In this document: positions 1-24,740 of the stretch, in pieces
Numbering within the stretch: position 1 is the first letter of the stretch
Layout: each line of letters starts with the position of its first letter
Assembly: GCA_002269645.1 (NCBI GenBank)
Contig: NIVC01000236.1
Coordinates: 434,001 to 498,000, forward strand
Reading direction: 5' to 3'
DNA from: Macrostomum lignano
Lineage: Eukaryota
Length of the DNA: 64,000 nt
Program-made: the position numbers and the translations under genes
The notes under the pieces: generated by a model
Told to the model about the DNA's origin: nothing
The model's database searches: none
The model's input: the letters and a program-made list of their open reading frames with translations, nothing else

Positions 1-250
1 CTGCCACTGATCTACCTGCTCCCGCACTCCCTGAACCCAATTAACTGCCACTGATCTACCTGCTCCCGCACTCCGTGTACCCAATTAACTGCCACTGATC
101 TACCTGCTCCCGCACTCCCTGAACCTAATTAACTGCCACTGATCTACCTGCTCCCGCACTCCCTGAACCTAATTAACTGCCACTGATCTACCTGCTCCCG
201 CACTCCGTGTACCCAATTAACTGCCACTGAGCTACCTGCTCCCGCACTCC
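1..250. repeat. Minisatellite, 44-bp unit, truncated by the window start
   Basis: ctgccactgatctacctgctcccgcactccctgaacccaattaa, about 5.5 copies. Confidence 0.95.
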
Positions 251-603
251 CTCTCCGCCATGCCATTCTGACCTCAAATAAAACATGCTGATCCATTCCA
301 ATACATTTTAGTAGCCCTAAATAGACTGCTTGATATACTTCTGTGAGAAATTTGGTTCAGTGTTGTTGTGGTAACGGCATTGTTAGCAACTTTCTTACTA
401 TATTTTTTGCAGAGAAGCACGGCAAAATATGAAACATGTGCACATTTGTTCGGTCGTTTGAGAGATTATTAATGTGGTTGGCTTGTTAATATAAATTAAA
501 CTATTAATACTGTGCGCTTGCTGTGCCTCACCGATCCATTCTTGATGCAGACGAATTCGAATTTTGGAAAGCGGAAGAAGAACATATTTTAAATTGATTA
601 CTT

Positions 604-1256
604 GGGTGGCCTGAGGCGGGCGGCGAGATCAGAGAGGGCGGGTGCTGGTGGCCTGAAGCGGGCGGCGAGATCAGAGAGGGCGGGTGCTGGTGGCCTGAGG
701 CGGGCGGCGAGATCAGAGAGGGCGGGTGCTGGTGGCCTGAGGCGGGCGGTGAGATCAGAGAGGGCGGGTGCTGGTGGCCTGAGGCGGGCGGCGAGATCAG
801 AGAGGGCGGGTGCTGGTGGCCTGAGGCGGGCGGCGAGATCAGAGAGGGCGGGTGCTGGTGGCCTGAGGCGGGCGGCGAGATCAGAGAGGGCGGGTGCTGG
901 TGGCCTGAGGCGGGCGGCGAGATCAGAGAGGGCGGGTGCTGGTGGCCTGAGGCGGGCGGCGAGATCAGAGAGGGCGGGTGCTGGTGGCCTGAGGCGGGCG
1001 GTGAGATCAGAGAGGGCGGGTGCTGGTGGCCTGAGGCGGGCGGCGAGATCAGAGAGGGCGGGTGCTGGTGGCCTGAGGCGGGCGGCGAGATCAGAGAGGG
1101 CGGGTGCTGGTGGCCTGAGGCGGGCGGTGAGATCAGAGAGGGCGGGTGCTGGTGGCCTGAGGCGGGCGGCGAGATCAGAGAGGGCGGGTGCTGGTGGCCT
1201 GAGGCGGGCGGCGAGATCAGAGAGGGCGGGTGCTGGTGGCCTGAGGCGGGCGGTTA
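604..1256. repeat. Minisatellite, 42-bp unit
   Basis: ggtggcctgaggcgggcggcgagatcagagagggcgggtgct, about 15 copies. Confidence 0.95.
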
Positions 1257-1313
1257 GAGGGCAGATTTATTACTATCCGAGGATGCACTTTGCCAGACAG
1301 CTCGGTGAAGAAC

Positions 1314-3117
1314 TCACGAGCACATGACGCTCTGGGTGATGCCATCAAAGAGGGCCTCGACGCAGAGGTTGACGTAGTGCGGCAAATTCTTTGGCAGCTC
1401 GCGACAGTGCAGACCTGCGTGCGGAGTTGGGTTCGATTCTGCGAGGCTTCTGTGCAGAAGTGTTATGAAATTTGGTCTCTCTTAACTCAGGGTCTTACCG
1501 TTGAGTCTCTTTGAGCACAGGTGCTTGTGAGCCAGCTCGACCAGTTCGAATCGCCTCAGCAAACTGGCCGAGTTGCTGCAATCGTGGGTCTCGATCCTCG
1601 ACCGGACACAGTCCGACATGACCGGGTGTTTGGTCATCATGCTGTCACTGAGTGGGGGCGGGGATTTCATGGCGGGTGAGTTCATGGCGGGTGAGTTCAT
1701 GGCGGGTGAGTTCATGGCGGGTGAGTTCATGGCGGGTGAGTTCATGGCGGGTGAGTTCATGGGCGGGTTGAGTTCATGGGCGGGTGAGTTCATGGGTGGA
1801 TAAGTTCATGGGCGAGTGAGTTCATGGGCGGGTGAGTTCATGGCGGGTGAGTTCATGGGCGGGTTGAGTTCATGGGCGGGTTGAGTTCATGGGCAGGTGA
1901 GTTCATGGGCGGGTTGAGTTCATGGCGGGTGAGTTCATGGCGGGTTGAGTTCATGGCGGGTGAGTTCATGGCGGGTGAGTTCATGGCGGGTGAGTTCATG
2001 GCGGGTGAGTTCATGGGCGGGTTGAGTTCATGGACGGGTGAGTTCATGGGCAGGCGGTGCAGCGGGCCGCAGGCGGACTATCAAGTAACTGACAGCTGCA
2101 GTTTCCCCCACAGTTCATCCGCTGTGGGAATTTGAATGCCTGGGCAAACAAAGAGGCCCCGGCCGCTTCCGCATTGGAAACCCTCTTGCTCCGCATCCCA
2201 GATCCTCACGGGGATCATTGAATTCGACAGCAGGGCAAGTCGGTCGAATATTCCCTCTCGACTTCCCCATCCTCTTATTCTTGGCCCTCTTGTTCTTTAT
2301 TCTCCAATTTTTCTCGGCATTTCTCCCAACAAGCAGCTGTGGGGATGGGGGAAATTGGCCCAGAGAGGGGGGAGCGGCGCAGTGGAGTGGCGGCCGGGGC
2401 CGCCGCCCATCAAGCGATGCAAAGTGGGGAGGAGAGGATGAAGGGGAGGCTGGGAGACTCCGGTGACAACCGAATTCAAAGTCGGGGCGCCCCGAGTCCT
2501 GAACTGTCTCCACGGCCGCCTAAAATGGCAGAGACATACCATAGTAGATGCAGCACGGCGGAGGCTGGGCGGGTCTATCGCTAATCACAGCTGAAGTGGC
2601 CGGCTCTCTCGCCTTTGCCCAGTTTTGCTTTCATCCCGGCTGGGAGGATTGCAGGGAAATTCAATAACGGAGCGGCGCGGACTGACCGCTGGGCGAGGGA
2701 AATTGAAAGCGATGGGAGGGCGAGGGCGAGACTGGCGTTGCCAAAGCGAAATCGAGAGGGCGAAAGAGAGGGCGAGAGAGTAGCGGTTTTATAAATGAAT
2801 TTCAAATCGACTAAGAGGCGCCTGAAGGTCGGGGCTCACTTGCACTTTTGCTCCATCAGCACGTGGAAGCTGCGCGGCGGCGTGTGCGCCAACTCGGCCT
2901 CAAAGTCGTAGAAGCAGTCCCGGCGGATGCCTTCGAGCTCCGCCAGCGGGCAAAGGCGGCCTCCCGCTGAGTGCGGAGCCGCCGCGGCCAGCAGCAGCAG
3001 CGGCAGCAGGACTGACAGCGCCAACTGCCCGGTCACTCTGGCCTGCCCGGTCACTCTGGCCTGCCCGGTCACTCTGGCCGGCACTCCGGCTATTCTGGCC
3101 GCCGCTGAGCTCGCCAT
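1314..3117 (-). CDS. Orphan secreted cysteine-rich protein, at least 3 exons (3117-2840, 1647-1499, 1414-1314), about 175 aa; may continue through a further donor at 1317
   Basis: Hydrophobic signal-like segment LALSVLLPLLLLAAAA and 9 Cys. Junctions are phase-compatible: TGCAA|gtgagc...actcag|TGAC and AACG|gtaaga...acgcag|GTCTG. The stop TGA overlaps a perfect GTGAGT donor. Confidence 0.65.
1665..2055. repeat. Minisatellite, 15-17-bp unit (intronic)
   Basis: ttcatggcgggtgag repeats next to the exon 2 acceptor. Confidence 0.95.
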
Positions 3118-3159
3118 CTCTGCCTGCCTTCTGCTGGCCTGCCGCTGTGGCCTTCACGC

Positions 3160-3712
3160 TTGTCGTCACTCCTGTAGTCACTCCTGTAGCCACTTCTGTA
3201 TTCACTCCTGTAGTCACTCCTGTAGCCACTCCTGTATTCACTCCTGTAGTCACTCTTGTATTCACTCCTGAAGTCACTCCTCTATTCACTCCTTTAGTCA
3301 CTCCTGTAGTCACTCCTGTAGTCACTCCTGTAGCCACTTCTGTATTCACTCCTGTAGTCACTCCTGTAGCCACTCCTGTATTCACTCCTTTAGTCACTCT
3401 TGTATTCACTCCTGAAGTCACTCCTCTATTCACTCCTTTAGTCACTCCTGTAGTCACTCCTGTAGCCACTTCTGTATTCACTCCTGTAGTCACTCCTGTA
3501 GCCACTCCTGTATTCACTCCTGTAGTCACTCCTGTAGTCACTCCTGTAGCCACTTCTGTATTCACTCCTGTAGTCACTCCTGTAGCCACTCCTGTATTCA
3601 CTCCTGTAGTCACTCTTGTATTCACTCCTGAAGTCACTCCTCTATTCACTCCTTTAGTCACTCCTGTAGTCACTCCTGAAGTCACTCCTGCAGTCACTCA
3701 CTCCTGTAATCA
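3160..3712. repeat. Minisatellite, 12-bp unit with higher-order structure
   Basis: cactcctgtagt variants, about 45 bp upstream of the secreted-protein ATG. Confidence 0.95.
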
Positions 3713-4589
3713 CTAGGAGTGTGTATGAAGGGACACCTGTTGTCTGTCCTACCGAAAGTCAATCCAGTAGCCTTTGCCGCCGCTGTCCACTCCGTCTGTA
3801 GCTGGGGCTGCTTTCTGTCAATATTTATTTCTTCATCCGGCAATTAATGCTGCTTTGTTTTCAACTTCCCTGCTGCGTCACGGCTTAGCAAAGCGCGTGG
3901 GGGCGGGGGGAGCGATAGATGCTGTAGCTAGGCGATGACGGAGAGGCTGGGAAGGCTACCGAGGCTGTGGAGCAGCCAACCAGCTGAGGGATTCCTTCTG
4001 TCTGCTTTGATCTGCGATGCGAGCGGGCCGGGCTCGGAGGCGGGCGATGAATATTTCAGAGGACAATGGGGGTGGGGGGCCTCTGCCTCCTGCCGGCACC
4101 TCAGTGAATTCGCTGACAATTCAGCTGGAGCTCAAGTTGAGATGGAGGTCTTCAGTCTGAGGGAGGCTGGGGGAGGGCGGACAACTGAGTGGATGAGGAG
4201 AGAGGCTGGGCGCGTCCTTACCAATGGCTGAGTGGCTGCGGAAGCCCAGCCAGTGCGTGCCGTGAGCATGAGTAGCGATGGAGAATGGGATGAGGCTGGG
4301 CGCAGGTCAAAGCTGCCCTCCAAGCCAATTGTGATCAGCGTCCGGGGCACATCCGGGTCAATGCTGCGCTTCTAGAAGCTCAAGGTTTTTTGAGGCGCTG
4401 AAGCAAAGCCAAATCACATTTGGAGAGATTTTTCGCGAACACGCAAAAGGATGAAGATGGGGAAGCTGGGTTGTAAATTGGGTGGACAGAGATGTGATTT
4501 GAGTCTTTCAAGAGCTGCAGCCTCCACCTGGTCTGGAAGGGCTGGGATCCTCTGAAAATAATCGCGATGGTGAGACAGCTGAGATTATG

Positions 4590-5005
4590 AAGAAGCTGAT
4601 ATGCTGATCAGCTGAGATGAGGCAGCTGAGATGAGGCAGCTGAGATGAGGCAGCTGAGATGAGGCAGCTGAGATGAGGCAGCTGAGATGAGGCAGCTGAG
4701 ATGAGGCAGCTGAGATGAGGCAGCTGAGATGAGGCAGCTGAGATGAGGCAGCTGAGATGAGGCAGCTGAGATGAGGCAGCTGATATGCTGATCAGCTGAG
4801 ATGAGGCAGCTGAGATGAGGCAGCTGAGATGAGGCAGCTGAGATGAGGCAGCTGAGATGAGGCAGCTGAGATGAGGCAGCTGAGATGAGGCAGCTGAGAT
4901 GAGGCAGCTGAGATGAGGCAGCTGAGATGAGGCAGCTGAGATGAGGCAGCTGAGATGAGGCAGCTGAGATGAGGCAGCTGAGATGAGGCAGCTAATATGA
5001 GGCAA
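4590..5005. repeat. Minisatellite, 14-bp unit
   Basis: ggcagctgagatga repeats. Confidence 0.95.
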
Positions 5006-5026
5006 CAATTGTTGTTGTTGTTGTTG

Positions 5027-5560
5027 TTGTTGTTATTGTTGTTGTTATTGATGTGATGATGAGGAAGCTGAGAAACAGATGCTACACTTGATGGGCTTAT
5101 CTCCCCAAGGACTCCAGTTCTTGAGCAGTCCTTGTATCTCCCTCCTCTGTCCCCTGTCAGCCAGCAGTCTGTGCTCAGCGGACCGAGTCTGACCTATAAA
5201 GTGCTCAATGTCATCAGCTGAAGGCAATTAGCAATCATGTCCTTGCTGGGCCTGATGCAGCTCATTAGGTTCCATTTCCGCTTTGGATATTGCTGCTCTG
5301 ACAAGATTTGCCCAGTCAGTGTTTTATGGTCGATAATATCGCTGCCCATCACCCGTTGGGAAAAATGTGGCAGGAGTGAAATTTGCTGCTAATGAGCTGC
5401 GCCCAGATCTCATAAAAAATTGACTGCAATCGCGACAGACAGATAACCAGACAGATGGGCCTGTATATGCTTGCATCAAAATCCTGAATGTAAAAACAAT
5501 ATTCGCCGGAGGGCTGCGGGAAGCCTTCTTTCGATGACTTTCGTCTCACAACCATGCGCT
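5027..5560 (-). pseudogene. Degraded 3' end of a LINE (RTE-like) with a (CAA)n tail
   Basis: Broken frames HGCET...ALRRIL and MR...G.R...RP...W...V, ending near a (CAA)n tract at 5027-5050. Confidence 0.4.
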
Positions 5561-7138
5561 GAGGCAATTCTGCCTGTTCCGCTGACTCCCCGAGTACAAA
5601 CAATTCAAGTACTACTAATTAATTAAGACTACAACGACGCTGCTACACTTGCAGTTAAAGACCATTTTTATAAATTGCAAGTGTTGGCCTATATTTCATC
5701 GTTGGAATGTTCGGAATTTATCCTCCTTATGTTATTGGAAAAATTTTGAATGAAGCTACATGTAGGTGCAAGAAAAAAGCATTTAGGTACAAGTGGACCC
5801 TACTTATTATTCATAAAGACAAACCAAAAATTAATTATCTCTCTGGCAAAATTCTGAGTTTAATTTGATCAGGTCCATCTCTTGTCCCAGAGTAGCATAA
5901 CTGTAAAATTAATTAATAGCAACTCAGAAGCTGACAGTTCACTAATTTTTCGATTTAGTACTTAATAAGATTATGTACTCATCAATAATGTATAAAATGT
6001 TCACTTAAAAATGCTGAGCTTAGGAAATATTGATATCTACATTTTTCAGTAAACCTATATCTTTATTGTGCGACTAAAGAAAGAGCTAATTAAAAGTACG
6101 TATATAGAACGTTGGTTGGTATGACTAAACTAAAGATAGAAACATGCATACACAAAGAGTCTTAGTTACGACCATATACAAGGTTTCTTTAAACCAATGC
6201 TGCTATCAAATACAGAGGGCTTTTTCAATTAAAAACAGAAAAATGTATTTTTTCGTTGTCTTCAATTTTTCCTTGAATCGAGAGTGTTGCATATTTTTAA
6301 CTACCAAATGGTCCTTAATACATGTACACACGCGCGCAGATACTGTACCCGGCATGCACTCGTACACACGCTCACACAGGTTGTTCAGCCGCCCTGACTT
6401 TCCAATCGAAACAATTTTAGACACCTGAAATAGACAAAGATTTTAGCCTGTGTACTTACAGTAAGTAATGTAGTACAATCGCATGTACATGTAATTCTTT
6501 TAATATGTGAAGCAAGGATGACGTCTATTATAATACTAAAGTAATCACATGTTAATTTAGTCTGCTTGTGAATTATCAAAACTGGAATAATTTATTAGCG
6601 ACATGGACTAACCCTATCCAGCTATTATTAGTGCCAACAGCCACCTACAAGGAAACTATAAAATTTTGAACGGGTGCAGATTACTAAGGTACATATATAT
6701 AATGCTAATATCCCGATAAATTGTATTACCCATAAAAAAATAAAGCTCAATCCGCCCACCCCAAACCCGCCATTAGTGAATAAAAGCATGAAAAATCTTG
6801 TTATGGAGTATTCCGGGCTTTACGATGCGCAAGTTGAAAACTAAACAGCATTAAAACTAATAACAACACAACAAAGCGTAAACAGCAGAGTGCATCAACG
6901 TATAATTTTGAAAGAGTTAATATTCTAATACTTTAATTGCTTTTAAACAACCAGACCTAAAAAATGTTCATTTACTTTTTGATTTCGCAGGCGTTGCTTA
7001 AGAGACTTAAAAGGGCAAGTGTTCAAAATAATTTTACAAGTTGAAATATAAAACAAGTTGAACTGCATTCGCTGTAGCCAATTAAAAATACCATTTAAAA
7101 TTACCATTTGAATGCCTTCTTGCAAGTAGAGGACCAAA

Positions 7139-18356
<11,218 letters not shown>

Positions 18357-18674
18357 TGATTATTGCTGATGCCAGCTCGCTGCGGTTGCTGGCAAAGGCT
18401 GACATCCACGTGTCCCACGCTTTCCTGTTGGCATATCGTGACTCTCTAATTACCTACAGTGCCTTTTGTGAGATAATGTAATGAGAGACACTAATAAACC
18501 AGATTATACTTAACAGAATATTCAAACTCAACAGCTAATTTTGCAGAACAGGGGCCTTTTGCATCTTTTGTGATTCTTTGCTTTGCCTGATCGCTGGGGT
18601 GCTGCTAAAAATTGCTTTTGCGTGAAAAGCTCTTCTGCTTTGATCATGATTATTAGTAATCTTTTTACCTGGGC

Positions 18675-20536
18675 TTGCAGTGAGCCGGTGCCTGAGGTTC
18701 TGCAGTGAGCCTGTGTCTGAGGTTCTGCAGTGAGCCTGTGCCTGAGGTTCTGCAGTGAGCCTGTGTCTGAGGTTCTGCAGTGAGCCGGTGCCTGAGGTGC
18801 TGCAGTGAGCCTGTGCCTGAGGTTCTGCAGTGAGCCGGTGCCTGAGGTGCTGCAGTGAGCCGGTGCCTGAGGTGCTGCAGTGAGCCGGTGCCTGAGGTGC
18901 TGCAGTGAGCCTGTGCCTGAGGTGCTGCAGTGAGCCTGTGCCTGAGGTTCTGCAGTGAGCCGGTGCCTGAGGTGCTGCAGTGAGCCTGTGCCTGAGGTGC
19001 TGCAGTGAGCCTGTGCCTGAGGTTCTGCAGTGAGCCTGTGCCTGAGGTGCTGCAGTGAGCCGGTGCCTGAGGTTCTGCAGTGAGCCTGTGCCTGAGGTTC
19101 TGCAGTGAGCCAGTGCCTGAGGTGCTGCAGTGAGCCTGTGTCTGAGGTTCTGCAGTGAGCCTGTGCCTGAGGTTCTGCAGTGAGCCTGTGCCTGAGGTGC
19201 TGCAGTGAGCCTGTGCCTGAGGTTCTGCAGTGAGCCTGTGCCTGAGGTTCTGCAGTGAGCCAGTGCCTGAGGTGCTGCAGTGAGCCTGTGTCTGAGGTTC
19301 TGCAGTGAGCCTGTGCCTGAGGTTCTGCAGTGAGCCTGTGCCTTAGGTGCTGCAGTGAGCCTGTGCCTGAGGTTCTGCAGTGAGCCTGTGCCTGAGGTGC
19401 TGCAGTGAGCCTGCAGTGAGCCGGTGCCTGAGGTGCTGCAGTGAGCCTGTGCCTGAGGTGCTGCAGTGAGCCTGTGCCTGAGGTTCTGCAGTGAGCCGGT
19501 GCCTGAGGTGCTGCAGTGAGCCTGTGCCTGAGGTGCTGCAGTGAGCCGGTGCCTGAGGTGCTGCAGTGAGCCTGTGCCTGAGGTGCTGCAGTGAGCCTGT
19601 GCCTGAGGTGCTGCAGTGAGCCTGTGCCTGAGGTGCTGCAGTGAGCCTGTGCCTGAGGTTCTGCAGTGAGCCGGTGCCTGAGGTGCTGCAGTGAGCCTGT
19701 GCCTGAGGTGCTGCAGTGAGCCTGTGCCTGAGGTGCTGCAGTGAGCCTGTGTCTGAGGTTCTGCAGTGAGCCTGTGCCTGAGGTTCTGCAGTGAGCCGGT
19801 GCCTGAGGTGCTGCAGTGAGCCTGTGCCTGAGGTTCTGCAGTGAGCCTGTGCCTGAGGTGCTGCAGTGAGCCGGTGCCTGAGGTTCTGCAGTGAGCCTGT
19901 GCCTGAGGTTCTGCAGTGAGCCTGTGCCTGAGGTGCTGCAGTGAGCCTGTGTCTGAGGTTCTGCAGTGAGCCTGTGCCTGAGGTTCTGCAGTGAGCCTGT
20001 GCCTTAGGTGCTGCAGTGAGCCTGTGCCTGAGGTTCTGCAGTGAGCCTGTGCCTGAGGTGCTGCAGTGAGCCTGCAGTGAGCCTGTGCCTGAGGTGCTGC
20101 AGTGAGCCTGTGCCTGAGGTGCTGCAGTGAGCCTGTGTCTGAGGTTCTGCAGTGAGCCTGTGTCTGAGGTTTTGCAGTGAGCCGGTGCCTGAGGTGCTGC
20201 AGTGAGCCTGTGCCTGAGGTTCTGCAGTGAGCCGGTGCCTGAGGTGCTGCAGTGAGCCGGTGCCTGAGGTGCTGCAGTGAGCCGGTGCCTGAGGTGCTGC
20301 AGTGAGCCTGTGCCTGAGGTGCTGCAGTGAGCCTGTGCCTGAGGTTCTGCAGTGAGCCGGTGCCTGAGGTGCTGCAGTGAGCCTGTGCCTGAGGTGCTGC
20401 AGTGAGCCTGTGCCTGAGGTTCTGCAGTGAGCCTGTGCCTGAGGTTCTGCAGTGAGCCTGTGCCTGAGGTGCTGCAGTGAGCCGGTGCCTGAGGTGCTGC
20501 AGTGAGCCTGTGCCTGAGGTGCTGCAGTGAGCCTGA
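18675..20536. repeat. Minisatellite, 25-bp unit
   Basis: ctgcagtgagcctgtgcctgaggtg, about 74 copies. Confidence 0.97.
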
Positions 20537-20885
20537 TGTATTTTCTACTTGCTTCTCAACTGCAATCGGGGGGCATAGAACAGCGAACTTGAGTCCCGCA
20601 GCTTACAAGCAAGCCGTGCATAGAAGAGCGGATAAAAATAGGGGGGGGGGGGCAGGCTCATCAAACGGAGTTGGATAGTTTTCTCTAATCTCTAATAAGG
20701 CGGTGCATTGCCGACTTCAGATATCGCTTGTTGTCGAAGTTTGCTTTCTTAAAGAGATTCGGATTATTTGCGTCGCTCATATTTCAGAGTATTGAATTTA
20801 CCTTTGGTTAGAAAATTTCGAAAGGCTTTTGACTCAAGACTTCATTAGAAAAGGGATTAAAACTGGGCTCAAGAGCAGGAGAATA

Positions 20886-22150
20886 TCTCTGAGATCTAGG
20901 TTACAGCACCTGCAGATCCGATACAGAATGAGCACAGGCTCTGAGATCTAGGTTACAGCACCTGCAGATCCGATACAGAATGAGCACAGGCTCTGAGATC
21001 TAGGTTACAGCACCTGCAGATCCAATACAGAATGAGCACAGGCTCTGAGATCTAGGTTACAGCACCTGCAGATCCGATACAGAATGAGCACAGGCTCTGA
21101 GATCTAGGTTACAGCACCTGCAGATCCAATACAGAATGAGCACAGGCTCTGAGATCTAGGTTACAGCACCTGCAGATCCGATACAGAATGAGCACAGGCT
21201 CTGAGATCTAGGTTACAGCACCTGCAGATCCGATACAGAATGAGCACAGGCTCTAAGATCTAGGTTACAGCACCTGCAGATCCAATACAGAATGAGCACA
21301 GGCTCTGAGATCTAGGTTACAGCACCTGCAGATCCGATACAGAATGAGCACAGGCTCTGAGATCTAGGTTACAGCACCTGCAGATCCAGTAAAGAATGAG
21401 CACAGGCTCTGAGATCTAGGTTACAGCACCTGCAGATCCAATACAGAATGAGCACAGGCTCTGAGATCTAGGTTACAGCACCTGCAGATCCAGTAAAGAA
21501 TGAGCACAGGCTCTGAGATCTGGGTTGCAACACCTGCAGATCCAGTACAGAATGAGCACAGGCTCTGAAATATGGGTTACAGCACCTGCAGATCCAGTAA
21601 AGAATGAGCACAGGCTCTGAGATCTGGGTTACAGCACCTGCAGATTCAATACAGAATGAGCACAGGCTCTGAAATATGGGTTACAGCACCTGCAGATCCA
21701 GTAAAGAATGAGCACAAGCTCTGAGATCTGGGTTACAGCACCTGCAGATCCAATACAGAATGAGCACAGGCTCTGAGATCTGGGTTGCAACACCTGCAGA
21801 TCCAATACAGAATGAGCACAGGCTCTGAAATATGGGTTACAGCACCTGCAGCTCCAGTAAAGAATGAGCACAGGCTCTGAAATATGGGTTACAGCACCTG
21901 CAGATCCAGTAAAGAATGAGCACAGGCTCTGAGATCTGGGTTACAGCACCTGCAGATCCAGTACAGAATGAGCACAGGCTCTGAAATATGGGTTACAGCA
22001 CCTGCAGCTCCAGTAAAGAATGAGCACAGGCTCTGAGATCTGGGTTACAGCACCTGCAGATCCAGTACAGAATGAGCACAGGCTCTGAAATATGGGTTAC
22101 AGCACCTGCAGCTCCAGTAAAGAATGAGCACAAGCTTTCAGATCTAGGTG
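20886..22150. repeat. Minisatellite, 52-bp unit
   Basis: ctctgagatctaggttacagcacctgcagatccgatacagaatgagcacagg, about 24 copies. Confidence 0.97.
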
Positions 22151-22724
22151 CAGCACCGGCAACTCCCGAGAACTTCAGGGCAAACGGAATGGAAAAAGCC
22201 AGCTGGCACAGGTATCATTATCGCAATTAGTTCGGTTGTCAAGCGACAGAGGCCGGGAGACGTGCGGAGAGGACGGCCAGATGTCCTGCGAACTGAGTGA
22301 CCTGGCACTGGGATTCGACCCGGACCTGTCGTCGCTCATGTGATCTCTTTCGCCGCTTTCTCCGCTACAGTGCGCATCTCGCTGAAAGCCCCTGGCGCAT
22401 TGCTGGCTCACTCATTTCTCCTATTTAGTCGGGAAGTGAACTATTCGAGTTCGGGGATTTGAGAATGAGAGCTGCCTCACATAGTTTCAATCGATGCAAA
22501 GTGGAGCATTTTCTCAGCGCTGGAACTGTTTTCGATCGGTATGCTTCGATGGGCCGCAGTTTCAGAGTGGGCTGAGCTCTCGCTGCTGCACTCAAGGCTT
22601 CTGCGGGTGCCTTGGAGGCGGCATTGGGGGACTCAGAGAAGGGAGGGTTGCAAGGCATGCTTGCTTTTTCATTTGGATCTTTTTTTAAATGAGCTAACCC
22701 ACCTGTATCAGTTGTATAATGAGC

Positions 22725-23150
22725 TCTGCTCAGAAAGCACTGCTCAGCTCAGTAAGCACTGCTCAGCTCAGTAAGCACTGCTCAGCTCAGTAAGCACTGC
22801 TCAGTTCAGTAAGCACTGCTCAGTTCAGTAAGCACTGCTCAGTTCAGTAAGCACTGCTCAGTTCAGTAAGCACTGCTCAGTTCAGTAAGCACTGCTCAGT
22901 TCAGTAAGCACTGCTCAGCTCAGTAAGCACTGCTCAGCTTAGTAAGCACTGCTCAGCTCAGTAAGCACTGCTCAGCTCAGTAAGCACTGCTCAGCTCAGT
23001 AAGCACTGCTCAGCTCAGTAAGCACTGCTCAACTCAGTAAGCACTGCTCAGCTTAGTAAGCACTGCTCAGCTCAGTAAGCACTGCTCAGCTCAGTTAGCA
23101 GTTCTTAGCTCAGTTAGCAGTTCTTAGTTCAGTAAGCATTGCTCAACTCA
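22725..23150. repeat. Minisatellite, 19-bp unit
   Basis: cagtaagcactgctcagct repeats. Confidence 0.95.
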
Positions 23151-23809
23151 GAAACCACTTTAAGTGTGGCAAATCTACTTTGATTTCTGAACGAGCAGAA
23201 ATAATTGAATTCTCAATGAGCCAAAGAGAACTCAGACCTGCGAACTTAATTCCCTATGCTTTTTGGCTGGGCTCTCACTCCCAGAAATTCCATGGATTTT
23301 CCAACGCTTTCGATCTACTAACAGTAGAGTAGATTAATACCTCACTTTAGGATCGAAGTACAGCCGCTTATGCAGAGAGTTGAGCACTTTTTTCTTGTAA
23401 GCCAGTCTAGGAGCCCAATTTGCTCTCCGCGGTTGCTGCGACCGCTCTCATCTCTGCTCAGCTAGTTGGGAAAAATGTCTCGAAAAATTAATTTCTGCGA
23501 CTTCTCCTTGAAAAAGTCGATACAGAAATATTCACCGTTTTGTGCAGGGCGATTCTCCTGAGACCGGCTTATCGCCCCTCACTGCTGGCGGCCAATCCAT
23601 CATCTATTTCTGGCAGCTGGAAAATCTTCAGAATCCAATTCTGGTTGAATTTGCTTGAGGGATCAGCTGTAGCAACACCAGGCCCGTTTCTGCGCCCCTT
23701 TTATACTGAGGGATTCTCCCCCAATAGTTTCTGCTGCGCCAGAACGGAGCAACGCAGGCACACAAAATTCATAAACATCCACCAAATTTTTGTTGGGCCT
23801 TTGTCAGAT

Positions 23810-24740
23810 CAGATTTAGCAGTCAGACATGCCAGCTGAGCTCAGGCTAGTGTCATATTTAGCAGTCAAACCTGCCAGCTGAGCTCAGGCCAGTGTCAGAT
23901 TAGCAGTCAGACATGCAAGCTGAGTTCAGGCTAGTGTCAGATTAGCAATCAGACATGCCAGCTGAGCTCAGGCTAGTGTCAGATTAGCAATCAGACATGC
24001 AAGCTGAGCTCAGGCTAGTGTCAGATTAGCAATCAGACACGCCAGCTGAGCTTAGGCTAGTGTCAGATTAGCAATCAGACACGCCAGCTGAGCTCAGGCT
24101 AGTGTCAGATTAGCAATCAGACACGCCAGCTGAGCTCAGGCTAGTGTCAGATTAGCAATCAGACACGCCAGCTGAGCTCAGGCTAGTGTCAGATTAGCAA
24201 TCAGACATGCAAGCTGAGTTCAGGCTAGTGTCAGATTTAGCAGTCAGACACGCAATCTGAGTTAAGGCTAGTGTCAGATTTAGCAGACAGACACGCAAGC
24301 TGAGCTCAGGCTAGTGTCAAATTTAGCAGCCAGACACGCCAGCTGAGCTCAGGCTAGTGTCAGATTTAGCAGCCAGACACGCCAGCTGAGCTCAGGCTAG
24401 TGTCAGATTTAGCTGTCAGACACGCAATCTGAGTTAAGGCTAGTGTCAGATTTAGCTGTCAGACACGCAATCTGAGTTAAGGCTAGTGTCAGATTTAGCT
24501 GTCAGACACGCAATCTGAGTTAAGGCTAGTGTCAGATTTAGCTGTCAGACATGCAAGCTGAGCTCAGGCTAGTGTCAGATTTAGCAGCCAGACACGCCAG
24601 CTGAGGTAAGGCTAGTGTCAGATTTAGCAGCCAGACACGCCAGCTGAGCTCAGGCTAGTGTCAGATTTAGCAGCCAGACACGCCAGCTGAGCTCAGGCTA
24701 GTGTCAGATTTAGCAGCCAGACACGCCAGCTGAGCCTCAG
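23810..24740. repeat. Minisatellite, 39-40-bp unit
   Basis: gctagtgtcagatttagcagccagacacgccagctgagctcag-type repeats. Confidence 0.95.

Noticed and set aside
3935-4350. GC-rich ORFs on both strands upstream of the secreted-protein gene
   Set aside because: No motifs or splice support; left unannotated.
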